NCBI GenBank assembly: GCA_002269645.1
Contig: NIVC01001371.1
Coordinates: forward strand, 1 to 64,000
From: Macrostomum lignano
Taxonomy: Eukaryota
Reading direction: 5' to 3'
DNA length: 64,000 nt
Shown here: positions 47,601 through 58,876 of the stretch, one piece after another
Layout: each line of letters begins with the position of its first letter
How positions within the stretch are numbered: the first letter of the stretch is position 1
The notes under the pieces: generated by a model
Database searches by the model: none
Told to the model about the DNA's origin: nothing
The model's input: only the letters and a program-made list of their open reading frames with translations
Made by a program: the position numbers and the translations under genes

Positions 47601-49905
47601 CCTAGGGTGAGATTCCCCTGAATGTTCTAGGGGGAGATTTCTTTGATAAATCTTCTAGGGTGAGATTTCCCTGAATCCTAGTGTGAGATTTCCCTGAATC
47701 TCCTAGAGTAAGATTTCTCTGATAAATCTCCTAGGGTGAGATTTCCCTGAATCCTAGTGTGAGATTTCCCTGAATCTCCTAGAGTAATATTTCTGTGATA
47801 AATCTCCTAGGGTGAGATTTCCCTGAATCTCCTAGGGTGAGATTTCCCCGAATCTCCTAAGGTGAGATTTTTCGGAAACCCCTGTTCTGTTGTGAATGAA
47901 TCTAGGGTATGATTTCGAATCTCTTATGATTCTCCTATGACAGTGTTGAATAGTAACTTCAATGTGTGTTTTAACTACTGTAAGTAGCTAATGTTTGAAA
48001 TCATATCTATCGCATGCATGCAATAATAACATACACAGCGAATTCGCAAATTTGCAGAAATGTCTACGGACGATGCAGTGACTGGAATATTGAAAGAGCT
48101 GTCGAATCACAATCAACGGTAAATTAACTTGTACTTTTATTTTATTTATTTATTTATTTATTTTATTTCTATCCTTTCCACTTCAGGCACGAGCAGCGAA
48201 TGAGTTCTATGCAGCGGCTGGTCCGAATGGTCCGTGACAACTCGGTAGACAGCTGGGATGAGAACTTCAAGACCGTGCTGCTGATCCTGCTGGAAACGCT
48301 GGGAGATAATGAGGTCAGTGTGCTCATTTATGTGCTGTTGTGTGCCGGGGTTTGGTAATTAAGTTGAAATTACTGATTCAGAGTATCACACTCTAGGTTG
48401 TGTTATAGCTTTCTTACTGTTGTATGATCATTTCCTGGGTCATAGTATCACTTCGTGGGTCATAGAATCACTTCCCGAGTCATAGTATCACTTCCCGAGT
48501 CATAGTATCACTTCCCGAGTCATAGTATCACTTCCCGAGTCATAGTATCGCTTCCCGAGTCATAGTATCACTTCCCGAGTCATAGTATCACTTCTCGAGT
48601 CATAGTATCACTTCCCGAGTCATAGTATCACTTCCCGAGTCATAGTATCACTTCCCGAGTCATAGTATCACTTCGTGGGTCATAGAATCACTTCCCAAGT
48701 CATAGTATCACTTCCCGAGTCATAGTATCACTTCCCGAGTCATAGTATCGCTTCCCGAGTCATAGTATCACTTCCCGAGTCATAGTATCACTTCTCGAGT
48801 CATAGTATCACTTCCCGAGTCATAGTATCACTTCCCGAGTCATAGTATCACTTCCCGAGTCATAGTATCACTTCCCGAGTCATAGTATCACTTCTCGAGT
48901 CATAGTATCACTTCCCAAGTCATAGCATCACTTCCCGAGTCATAGTATCACTTCCCGAGTCATAGTATCACTTCCCGAGTCATAGTATCACTTCCCGAGT
49001 CATAGTATCACTTCCCGAGTCATAGTATCACTTCCCGAGTCATAGTATCACTTCCCGAGTCATAGTATCACTTCTCGAGTCATAGTATCACTTCCCAAGT
49101 CATAGTATCACTTCTCGAGTCATAGTATCACTTCCCGAGTCATAGTATCACTTCCCGAGTCATAGTATCACTTCCCGAGTCATAGTATCACTTCCCGAGT
49201 CATAGTATCGCTTCCCGAGTCATAGTATCACTTTCTGAGTCATAGTATTGCTAAATAAGTCAGAATCACTTCCTGGGTCATAGTATCACTTGATGAGCCA
49301 TAGCAGCACATTCTCAGTCGCTATTAATCCCCCACTACCCACCACAGGCAGACATCCGCGCCCTGGCGCTGACGGTGCTGCAGGAGCTGATCAGGGCGCA
49401 GCCCCGCCGCCTATCCAACTACACCGAGCTGACCCTGTTAAAAATTCTCGAAGCCCACCGAGACACCGACAAGTTGGTGGCCAAAGCGGCCGAGGATTGC
49501 GCCAAGCACGTGGCCGCCCACCTGCCCGGCGATGTCTGCCTTCGCGTCCTGACTCCGCTGGTGTCCGGCGCCGACCCCGGCCTGGCCCTGGCCGCCGTAA
49601 AGATGCAGATGCGAGTGGTGCAAGAGTGCGAGCCCCGTGCCGTGGAGGCCGCCCTGCCCGAGCTGTGCCCAGGCCTGGTGCGCTGCTGCGATCACGCCGA
49701 GTCTCAAATACGCAAGGCCGCCATCTTCTGTCTAGTGCAGATGTACATGAAAGTTGGCGAGACGCTGCTGTTGCATCTCAAAGACATGAGCAGCACGAAA
49801 CGGCGCCTGCTGCAGCTGTACATCTGCAAGGCCCGCGTTGGCACCGCCCAGGACGCCGGCGGCGGCGGTGGCGCCGGCGGGGTTGCCCTGCCTCCAGTCA
49901 GCTGA
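32654..49905 (+). CDS. CLASP: CLIP-associating protein (CLASP/Orbit/MAST), 16-exon model of about 1380 aa
   Basis: join(32654..33158,33717..33842,36190..36276,36957..37018,37429..37782,39113..39235,39832..40164,40577..40888,41422..41463,43607..43924,44297..44706,46230..46322,46626..47260,48058..48118,48187..48313,49348..49905); all junctions are GT-AG and phase-consistent. Motifs: GSIDEEGFLAAF, DWEKRVDAMKQLRSLL, DLRSQVVREACITIAHL (TOG2), SGIP, DDASETSSVCS, ELRRVCDIFAKMF (TOG3), LKELSNHN, WDENFKTVLLILLETLGD, RKAAIFCLV (C-terminal domain). The acceptor at 40577 versus 40544 and the 42-nt exon are less certain. Confidence 0.9.
33350..33440. repeat. Short degenerate 21-bp repeat, CLASP intron 1
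   Basis: About 5 diverged units around GCCGCTAAT. Confidence 0.6.
34148..34620. repeat. 21-bp minisatellite, CLASP intron 2, about 22 copies
   Basis: Unit ATATCCGATCTCTCATCTACC. Confidence 0.95.
35290..35896. repeat. 42-bp (39-bp variant) minisatellite, CLASP intron 2, about 14-15 copies
   Basis: Unit TGGCGCCAAAATCAGCATGTTCAAAGTGTACATGTGAGTGGC. Confidence 0.96.
37105..37372. repeat. 22-bp minisatellite, CLASP intron 4, about 12 copies
   Basis: Unit GGTCCTTCATTAGCCTCCCACT/CA. Confidence 0.95.
37815..38045. repeat. 33-bp minisatellite, CLASP intron 5, about 7 copies
   Basis: Unit GAGAGAATCGGATTGCGAATCTCACCCATCGAT. Confidence 0.93.
39355..39775. repeat. 32-bp minisatellite, CLASP intron 6, about 13 copies
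   Basis: Unit AAATCTGGCGCCAAACTGGGAATCG(A/G)GTG(TTA/CCG). Confidence 0.95.
40170..40510. repeat. 45-bp minisatellite, CLASP intron 7, about 7 copies
   Basis: Unit GCATCACATCCTCTCACTGGTTGCAGGGGTGAGACTCCGGTTATT, starting directly at the splice donor. Confidence 0.93.
41628..42060. repeat. 35-bp minisatellite, CLASP intron 9, about 12 copies
   Basis: Unit GATTAGCAATCCATTTTGATCCTTCACATGGGATA. Confidence 0.95.
42550..43516. repeat. About 21-25-bp minisatellite with a higher-order duplication of about 300 bp, CLASP intron 9
   Basis: Unit AAGAAATCGCCCCTGAACTATCTTC. Block about 42563-42860 is repeated at about 42864-43160. Confidence 0.9.
43955..44170. repeat. About 32-bp minisatellite, CLASP intron 10, about 6 copies
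   Basis: Unit GGGGAGAATACTAATGGGGAAAATTGGGTATT. Confidence 0.9.
44721..46065. repeat. 34-bp minisatellite (about 33 copies) grading into 24-bp units, CLASP intron 11
   Basis: Unit GTGAGATTTCCAGAGCTGTTGTGTTCTAACTAGG; period read from 44755 to 44789. Confidence 0.97.
47360..47875. repeat. Degenerate about 24-bp minisatellite, CLASP intron 13
   Basis: Unit CTCCTAGGGTGAGATTTCCCTGAAT, sharing the CTAGGGTGAGATTTC core with the intron 11 array. Confidence 0.9.
48440..49290. repeat. 20-bp minisatellite, CLASP intron 15, about 40 copies
   Basis: Unit CATAGTATCACTTCCCGAGT. Confidence 0.97.
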
Positions 49906-50032
49906 GAGTCGCCCCCCCCGCTGCTATGCCGGATTTTACTTTGATTCATTTTAAGCACGATTTGTATTTGTGCGTTTGTGCTTTTAGCCTGTTTCTTTTA
50001 GTTCTCTGGGTTTTATCTGCTTTTGTGTGTCC

Positions 50033-50114
50033 GTCTGCCTGCCTGCCTGCTTGCCTGTCTGTCTGTCTGTCTGTCTGTCTTAGTTTCTGTCTGTCTTAGT
50101 GTCTGTCTGTCCGT

Positions 50115-50161
<47 letters not shown>

Positions 50162-50262
50162 CTTGTCTGTCTGTCTGTCTGTCTGTCTTAGTGTCTGTCT
50201 GTCTTAGTGTCTGTCTGTCTTAGTGTCTGTCTGTCCGTCTGCCTGCCTGCCTGCCTGCCTGT

Positions 50263-50347
<85 letters not shown>

Positions 50348-50390
50348 TGCCTGTCTGCCTGTCTGCCTGCCTGTCTGCCTGTCTGCCTGC

Positions 50391-50421
<31 letters not shown>

Positions 50422-50522
50422 CCTGCCTGCCTGCCTGCCTGCCTGTCTGCCGGCCTGCTCTGTCTTAGTGTCTGTCTGTCTTAGTGTCTGTCTCTCTGTC
50501 TGTCTGTCTCTCTGTCTGTCTC
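50033..50522. repeat. Compound (CCTG)n/(TCTG)n microsatellite downstream of the CLASP stop
   Basis: Includes an uninterrupted (GCCT)20 at 50265-50344 and GTCTTAGTGTCTG variant units like those in 10348-11620. Confidence 0.97.
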
Positions 50523-51404
50523 TACCTCTTCTTAGCTCTCTTCGCTCGCGACTTCACAACAACACCTAGTAGGCATCTGTACTTGTAAATGTGGCTTTTA
50601 TAATTGTAAAATTGCTCGCGCGCTTTGGTGACAGTTGCAGCCATCAGTCCCGATCGATGCCGCACAGACGAATAAGCACATATAGTAGATGTAAATCTAG
50701 CCATTTTAAAGTCATCATCGCGAGATCGTCAATCGCATCAAACGCCAATTGTACTAGTAGTATCTGCCGGATCGCATCGCATTCATTAGTTAATGCTCAT
50801 TTCACAGTGTTTTAATTAAACGTATTTGTCAACAGGCACACAGCACTGTTGCCATTTAGTCAGCTTACTGCAGCTTTCAATACACTGGCGCCCCCCCCCT
50901 CCGATCATCAGTCCATCCATCCTCTGTTCAATCTGTTCATTTCATTTTTCTATTGCCCACGATTAATTAAGCATAACATTTGTCGGATTTTATCGTATTA
51001 TTAAGCGCGATTGCGTGTTGTTTTCTTTCGAATCGATTTTCCGTCACTTTTTGTTCACTGATTTACTTGTTAAAATGTGGATTTCGTTCTTCTTTAACAC
51101 CTGTTGCTGCTGCTGCCTTCTTGATCGCCTTGGCAAGCTGTAACTGCAGACCGTTTGATTTGTTCCCACTTTTATAGTTTATTTGCAACCAATATGGATT
51201 TCTAGGCGGCTGGCCTAGCGTTGTTAAATAATAACTTATTATAAATCATACTATTGTGACATTATTGACTGTCTCATGCTTGCCACTGCGGCTTGTTTGT
51301 ATTATTTGTGACTTTGCCTTGCCTTCATTCTACAGCTCACCTGTGCTGCTGCTGTTAGTGTTCTGATTATCTGAATCAGATAATCTCTTCTTCGATCCCC
51401 AGTT

Positions 51405-52378
51405 CCTGAGCCATGCTCCCAGATCCCAGTGCCTGGGCCAGCCTCTCAGATCCCCAGTTACTGGGCCAGCCTCCCAGATCCTCAGTTGCTGGGCCAGCCT
51501 CCCCGATCCTCAGTTGCTAAGCCAGCCTCCCAGATCCTCAGTTGCTGGGCCAGCCTCCCAGATCCTCAGCTGCTGGGCCAGCCTCCCAGATCCTCAGCTG
51601 CTGGGCCAGCCTCCCAGATCCTCAGCTGCTGGGCCAGCCTCCCAGATCCTCAGCTGCTGGGCCAGCCTCCCAGATCCTCAGTTGCTGGGCCAGCCTCCCA
51701 GATCCTCAGCTGCTGGGCCAGCCTCCCAGATCCTCAGCTGCTGGGCCAGCCTCCCAGATCCTCAGTTGCTGGGCCAGCCTCCCAGATCCTCAGTTGCTGG
51801 GCCAGCCTCCCAGATCCTCAGTTGCTGGGCCACCCTCCCAGATCCTCAGTTGCTGGGCCAGCCTCCCAGATCCTCAGCTGCTGGGCCAGCCTCCCAGATC
51901 CTCAGCTGCTGGGCCAGCCTCCCAGATCCTCAGTTGCTGGGCAAGCCTCCCAGATCCCCAGTTGCTGGGCCAGCCTCCCAGATCCTCAGTTGCTGGGCCA
52001 GCCTCCCAATTCCTCAGCTGCTGGGCCAGCCTCCCAGATCCTCAGTTGCTGAGCCAGCCTCCCAGATCCTCAGTTGCTGTGCCAGCCTCCCAGATCCCCA
52101 GTTGCTGAGCCAGCCTCCCAGATCCTCAGTTGCTGGGCCAGCCTCCCAGATCCCAAGTTGCTGGGCCAGCCTCCCAGATCCTCAGCTGCTGGGCCAGCCT
52201 CCCAGATCCTCAGCTGCTGGGCCAGCCTCCCAGATCCTCAGCTGCTGGGCCAGCCTCCCAGATCCCCAGTTGCTGAGCCAGCCTCCCAGATCCTCAGTTG
52301 CTGGGCCAGCCTCCCAGATCCTCAGTTGCTGGACCAGCCTCCCAGATCCCCAGTTGCTGAGCCAGCCTCCCAGATCCT
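51405..52378. repeat. 28-bp minisatellite, about 34 copies
   Basis: Unit GGGCCAGCCTCCCAGATCCTCAG(T/C)TGCT. Confidence 0.97.
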
Positions 52379-53437
52379 TAACCTGCATCTCATACCTGAA
52401 ACACACGCAGCTAGCTCAATAGTAATAAGACCAGTAAAAGTACTTTTTGCACTGTGTTGCGCCCAGTAACTTTTCGGCTCAATAAGAATTTCCCCATCGT
52501 GCTGGGAGCTCCGGAGCCTCTTGTCTGCATTCGGTAATGAGTAGTTGGCCTACCGTGACATTGGAACAGTCCTATGTGCATGTTATGTTTATTGAGAAGA
52601 AAAACTCAAGCCAATTATTCCGATATGAAATACTTCAATAGTTTTAGACGTAATCGATTTATTAATTTATTTTTTTTGTCTATATAAGCCGGCCACTGTT
52701 TTACATTTGCGGAACTAAGGCTTAGACCATTCCTGGAAAAAACTTATTAATCTCTTCTGTCCACTTTTTGTTTTAATTTAAGTAACAGAAATTGAAAACA
52801 TTTCCTTTCGCTCTGATATTTTTGACAAGTTTGTAGGTACAGTTTGTACCTCAAATAAGTGCTGCTAGTGGTGTTGCTACATTATTGCATTACATAAGCG
52901 CAGGCCCGTTGTGATAATATTTATGCCATTTATTGTCGAATTTCTCACCTTGCTCACCTGCACTGGTATATTAATATGTATTTGCTCTACTACGAGTAGT
53001 AATGTAATGTTATTGCACTTTCCATGTCGCGTCTTAATTTCAAGTCGCAAATCTATCTCTCTCTGTTGCTTTTTTGTTGATTGCTTTTTTTAAAATAGCT
53101 ACGCGCATTTGCCCAGTCAGGGAATCGGTTAATATACAAAATCTGATTCTCGGTTCATACAGTGTAGTTATTGGTATTTTTGTGCTGCCTGATTACTAAA
53201 TATAGTTTAGTTTGATTTGGTAACACGGACACTTTTAATAACTTGACGTTTGTCGCTATGCTCTGTAAATTTGCAGCAGCTCATTGTGACTTACAGCTGT
53301 CTGATTCTTTATAATTCAATACTGATCTCTTGTCTTGGTGTGGGAGCGTTGCATCTTTTATCAGGCTGGCTGTCGTTGCTGCATGTGGTCTTCTTTATTA
53401 ATAGAAGCGTATTAATGTCGGTAAATTTGGCTATCTG

Positions 53438-54498
53438 ACACCCCATTTGGCATCTCTGACACACTCATTTCGCGTCTCTGACACACCTATTTGGCGTCTC
53501 TGACACCCATTTCGCGTCTCTGACACACCTATTTGGCGTCTCTGACACACCTATTTGGCGTCTCTGACACACCTATTTGGCGTCTCTGACACACCCATTT
53601 GGCGTCTCTGACAGACTCATTTGGCGTCTCTGACACACCCATTTGGCGTCTCTGACACCCATTTGGCGTCTCTGACACCCATTTGGCGTCTCTGACAGAC
53701 TCATTTGGCGTCTCTGACACACCCATTTGGCGTCTCTGACACCCATTTGGCGTCTCTGACACACCCATTTTGCGTCTCTGACACACCCAGTTGGCGTCTC
53801 TGACACACTCATTTGACGCCTCTGACAGACTCATTTGGCGTCTCTGACACACCCATTTGGCGTCTCTGACACCCATTTGGCGTCTCTGACACCCATTTGG
53901 CGTCTCTGACACCCAGTTGGCGTCTCTGACACACTCATTTGACGCCTCTGACACACTCATTTGGCGTCTCTGACAGACTCATTTGGCGTCTCTGACACAC
54001 CCATTTGGCGTCTCTGACACCCATTTGGCGTCTCTGACACCCATTTGGCGTCTCTGACAGACTCATTTGGCGTCTCTGACACACCCATTTGGCGTCTCTG
54101 ACACCCATTTGGCGTCTCTGACACACCCATTTTGCGTCTCTGACACACCCAGTTGGCGTCTCTGACACACTCATTTGACGCCTCTGACAGACTCATTTGG
54201 CGTCTCTGACACACCCATTTGGCGTCTCTGACACACTCATTTGACGCCTCTGACAGACTCATTTGGCGTCTCTGACACACCCATTTGGCGTCTCTGACAC
54301 ACCTATTTGGCGTCTCTGACACACCCATTTGGCGTCTCTGACAGACTCATTTGGCGTCTCTGACACCCAGTTGGCGTCTCTGACACACCCAGTTGGCGTC
54401 TCTGACACACCCAGTTGGCGTCTCTGACACACCCAGTTGGCGTCTCTGACACACTCATTTGACGCCTCTGACAGACTCATTTGGCGTCTCTGACACAC
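53438..54498. repeat. 20/22-bp minisatellite, about 49 copies
   Basis: Units GACAC(AC)CCATTTGGCGTCTCT and GACAGACTCATTTGGCGTCTCT. Confidence 0.97.
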
Positions 54499-55199
54499 TG
54501 GGCGGAGCGATTGAGGGTAAGGGCCACGGCCCCCTCTGCGTGCGCCAGTGATCATTTTTGTGTTTTCGTTATCTAAAAGATGTGGAAATGAACGTCGCTG
54601 TCCAAAAGTCTACACCGACGCAACAGAAGAGAGAACAGTTGCTAGGCTTTGGACCCCAGCCGGTGCCATTCCCAATTATCTAGGAGATGGCGCTAGCACC
54701 TGGCTTGTCTCAGTCGCCCTCAGCTGCCTAATTAATTGGCTGCCTGCATTCTTCCATGCTTCAGTTTATTTATCCGCTGAAGTTGAATTTGCCAGACTCA
54801 GCGCAATCGATATCGCTGCAGGACATCTGCTGCTCTCCTTGTGCTGGAGCCCGCGGCCTGGCTTGCTGTGCATAGCTGGCTAAGTTGATTCTTTCGACGA
54901 CCTCTTGAGCACTGGCTCAGCGCTTGTCATTGAACTCTACCTTAGCGCAGTCAACAAGTTTGAGCTAAAATTTCTTGTTTTATCGTCCCAATGAAACAAA
55001 ACCTGTAAGCATTTTACTCGATTAACCAGAGAATCGAAGGTAATTTTTGGATGGTTAGCCTGCGGCTTGTGTCAAGTCTATGGCTCAGGGGCGTCGCCAC
55101 GGGTAACAGGGGGACCCTATCGATTTAACATTTATGGAAGGACATGCCAATGCTTTGTTTCACCTTGTGACCCGTTATGGAAATCAATAAGTTTGCTTC

Positions 55200-55492
55200 A
55201 GGCGCCAAAATATAGCTCCTGTGGCGCCAAACTGAGTGCCTGCAGCACTAAGATGAGTGACTGCGGCGCCGAGATGAGTGCCTGCGGCACTAAGATGAGT
55301 GACTGTGGCGCCAAGATAAGTGACTGCGGCGCCGAGATGAGTGCCTGCGGCACTAAGATGAGTAACTGCGGCGCCAATATGAGTGACTGCGGCGCCAATA
55401 TGAGTGACTGCGGCGCCAAGATAAGTGCCTGTCTGCGGCGCCAAGATGAGTGCCTGCGGCGCCAAGACGAGTGACTGCAGCACCAAGATGAG
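55200..55492. repeat. 21-bp minisatellite, about 13 copies
   Basis: Unit GAGTGACTGCGGCGCCAAGAT. Confidence 0.92.
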
Positions 55493-56127
55493 GTAACAAC
55501 ACCGATTCCCAAAATAATGTAGGAGTTTTGTTGCATGTTCCTTCACTGCACATAGTCTATGGCCAAAAGTCCCAAATTTGGGATGCACGGTATGATTTTT
55601 GCGTCAGCAAGTAGCTGTCTTTATTCATGTAACGTAGAGATTGCATATTACGCTCGTAGATCCCATTTTGGGTTTACGAGGATTCATACATATGAAAATA
55701 CTGTTACATGAACACTCAATTCTCAAGTCTCTTCAGGTGGCAAACTCGTATTTTCAATTCCGTGGTTAATCGAGTAAATTGTTTACAGAGTTTGTTACAT
55801 ATTTGCCCATTTGCGTGTCATTTTTTGCTTATATCTGATGAACAGATGATAAATCCTACAAGTAGATCCTCCTGATCTAACTTCCTAGTTACCCCCCAGG
55901 TGCTCTTTTGAGGCAGAGTAGTGCATTATGCACTTTCTGAATGTTCATGGCGAGAACTTATGAATTTCTCCAGTTTAAGAATCAAGAATTTTACACCTGC
56001 TCTCGTTGAAGCAGCAATATGGTTCGGAAATCAACCATATTGCTGCTTTTTTTTTTTTCTTTATGATAAAAAAGAAAAATCATTTTTACTTTGAATTCAA
56101 TTTTTACATTAGAAAATTTTCGAAGAG

Positions 56128-58876
56128 TCAGTAGTAGCCTTTGTCCAGCATCACCAGCTCGTTCCGTTTCGGAGGCTGCGGCTTTCGCAGAACTTGTCCA
56201 GATGGGGTGGTCGCTTCTTGAAGCTGCCGTAGTTGCTGCTGCTGCTGTTGCTGCTGCTGTTGCCTTCCAGCCTGTCTGAGCGAGGCTTCCAGAAAAGTTC
56301 TCTGCCGTCGCAGCTGCACAAGATTAGCATTTTGGCATAGTAACTTTGAAATCATCATTCAAACTGAGAATCATCATCATTGAGACTGAGAATCATCATC
56401 ATCATTGAGACTGAGAGTCATCATCATTGAGACTGAGAATCATCACAACTGAGACTGAGAATCATCATCATTGAGACTGAGAGTCATCACAACTGAGACT
56501 GAGAATCATCATCATTGAGACTGAGAGTCATCATCATTGAGACTGAGAATCATCACAACTGAGACTGAGAATCATCATCATTGAGACTGAGAGTCATCAT
56601 CATTGAGACTGAGAATCATCACAACTGAGACTGAGAATCATCATCATTGAGACTGAGAGTCATCATCATTGAGACTGAGAATCATCACAACTGAGACTGA
56701 GAATCATCATCATTGAGACTGAGAATCATCACAACTGAGACTGAGAATCATCATCATTGAGACTGAGAATCATCACAACTGAGACTGAGAATCATCATCA
56801 TTGAGACTGAGAATCATCACAACTGAGACTGAGAATCATCATCATTGAGACTGAGAGTCATCATCATTGAGACTGAGAATCATCACAACTGAGACTGAGA
56901 ATCATCATCATTGAGACTGAGAGTCATCATCATTGAGACTGAGATTAATCATCATTGAGACTGAGATTAATCATCATTGAGACTGAGAATCAGCACTATT
57001 GAGACTGAGAATCATCATCTCCCCTCCCCTCACCTGTGTCGGAGGCTCCTCGTAGTCCTGGCTGACAACATAGTGAAAAGTTTTTTCCCGGCCCAACCCA
57101 GCGGATCGGAACGACCGTCCAGCGCTGTCCCTGGTGGACATCGGCGTCGGCGGCGTCGGCTGCTGTCCACCAGCCGCTGCGATGCGGCCAGCTTTGAGGT
57201 CCACAATCATGGGCGACTGTTCGTTGAAGACCCGGTTCAGATTCAGGTCTCTGTTGGCCAGCTCCAGTTTGTACTTTGTCAGCTCTCGCTGCAGTCGCTC
57301 GCATTCCTCCTCCAGTTGGCGCTCCGTCTGTTTTTTTTGGTTGTTTGTGAAGGTATTTGACAGGGTAGCGGCTGACCCAGTGAACAACTCAGGAATTGTA
57401 GCGGGTGACCCAGTGAACAACTTAGGAATGGTAGCGGCTGACCCAGTGGACAACTTAGGAATGGTAGCGGCTGAACCAGTGGACAACTCAGGAATGGTAG
57501 CGGCTGACCCAGTGAACAATTGGGGAAGGGTAGCGGGTGACTCAGTGAACAACTGGGGAGGGTAGCGGGTGACTCAGTGAACAACTGGGGAGGGTAGCGG
57601 GTGACCCAGTGAACAACTGGGGAGGGTAGCGGGTGACTCAGTGAACAACTGGGGAGGGTAGCGGTGACTCAGTGAACAACTGGGAAGGGTAGCGGGTGAC
57701 TCAGTGAACAACTGGGGAGGGTAGCGAGTGACTCAGTGAACAACTGGGGAGGGTAGCGGGTGACTCAGTGAACAACTGGGGAGGGTAGCGGGCGACTCAG
57801 TGAACAACTGGGGAGGGTAGCGGTGACTCAGTGAACAACTGGGGAGGGTAGCGGGTGACTCAGTGAACAACTGGGGAGGGTAGCGGGCGACTCAGTGAAC
57901 AACTGGGGAGGGTAGCGGTGACTCAGTGAACAACTGGGGAGGGTAGCGGGTGACCCAGTGAACAACTGGGGAGGTAGGGGCGGACCCAGTGAACAACGTA
58001 GGAAGGGTAGCGGTGATCAGTGAGCTTGCGTTTAGAGTGAACTTTTACATATGCTAATGCTCGATCGAGCATCGAATTCCAGAAAAAAGGCAATTCAGAT
58101 ATCGAACTGGAGCAGACCTGACTCTGGGCCGCCCTGTCCCCTCGGCCGCCCAGCGGCTGCACCAGCCCCTCGGATAGGCGCCTGTTGGCGTCGCGCTTCA
58201 TGGTTCTCAGCTCGTTCTCAATCTGCTTGTTCTTCAGCCGGAGCGCCTCGGCCGCCTTTGCCTGCTCCTCGGCGTACGCCTGCAGCTCGCTGCACTCTTT
58301 GTTCCACTTCTGTGCCCTCTTCTTGGCCGAGTCCAGCTCCTTGGACAGCTCGTCGGCCACTCGCTCTCGCTCGGCCAGCTTGTAGGACAGCTTGGCCAGC
58401 TTCTCGCGCAGTCCGGCGTTCTCCTCCTCTACCAGGCGGCTCCGTTCGCCTTTCTCGGACAGCTCGAGACTGACGCTACTGCGCATGCTGTCGATCTCTC
58501 GGCCAGCCTCTTCTAGCATCTTCTTCATCTGGTCGCGGCTCTCCCGCAGCCTGGCAAGCTGCGCGTCTCGGTCGGCCAGTTTCCGTTCGAGTTTCGTCCG
58601 CTGTTCGTCGAATTCCCGCCGGCGTTTAGCCAGGTCATCGTCCAGACGCTTCGCCGTTTCTTCCCTGTCGCGAGCCAGCAGCTCCTGGGCCTCCAGACGC
58701 TCGGCGGCGTCCTTCCGAGTGAGTTCGAGCTCGCTCTCGTAGGCCGAGCGGACGGCTGCCAGCTCGCACTCGCGCTCGTGCTGCCGTTTGAACAGCATGT
58801 GCACCACCTGGGTGAGCTCGGCGATCTTCTTCGAGACCCGGTACTCGAAGCTCAGCCTCGGCTCGTTTAGATTCAT
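56128..58876 (-). CDS. FAM184: FAM184-family coiled-coil protein, 3 coding exons, about 412 aa
   Basis: complement(join(56128..56313,57034..57327,58118..58876)) with phase-0 introns. N-terminal FEYRVSKKIAELTQVVHMLF and C-terminal KYKLELANRDLNLNRVFN match the two conserved FAM184 blocks. An acceptor-like ACTCAG lies about 10 nt upstream of the ATG. Confidence 0.8.
56362..57018. repeat. About 22-bp minisatellite, FAM184 intron 2
   Basis: Units GAGACTGAGA(A/G)TCATCATCATT and GAGACTGAGAATCATCACAACT. Confidence 0.95.
57360..58010. repeat. 32/33-bp minisatellite, FAM184 intron 1, about 20 copies
   Basis: Unit GGGTAGCGGGTGACTCAGTGAACAACTGGGGA. Confidence 0.95.

Noticed and set aside
55075-55563. 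10-bp direct repeat AGTCTATGGC flanking the 21-bp array as a target-site duplication
   Set aside because: The enclosed segment has no matching inverted termini, so the repeat could be chance or two transposon ends.
50530-56100. A gene in the interval between CLASP and FAM184
   Set aside because: Only short ORFs and isolated splice-like signals were found (for example MNVAVQK...KREQLLGFGPQPVPFPII* near 54586); no coherent model.
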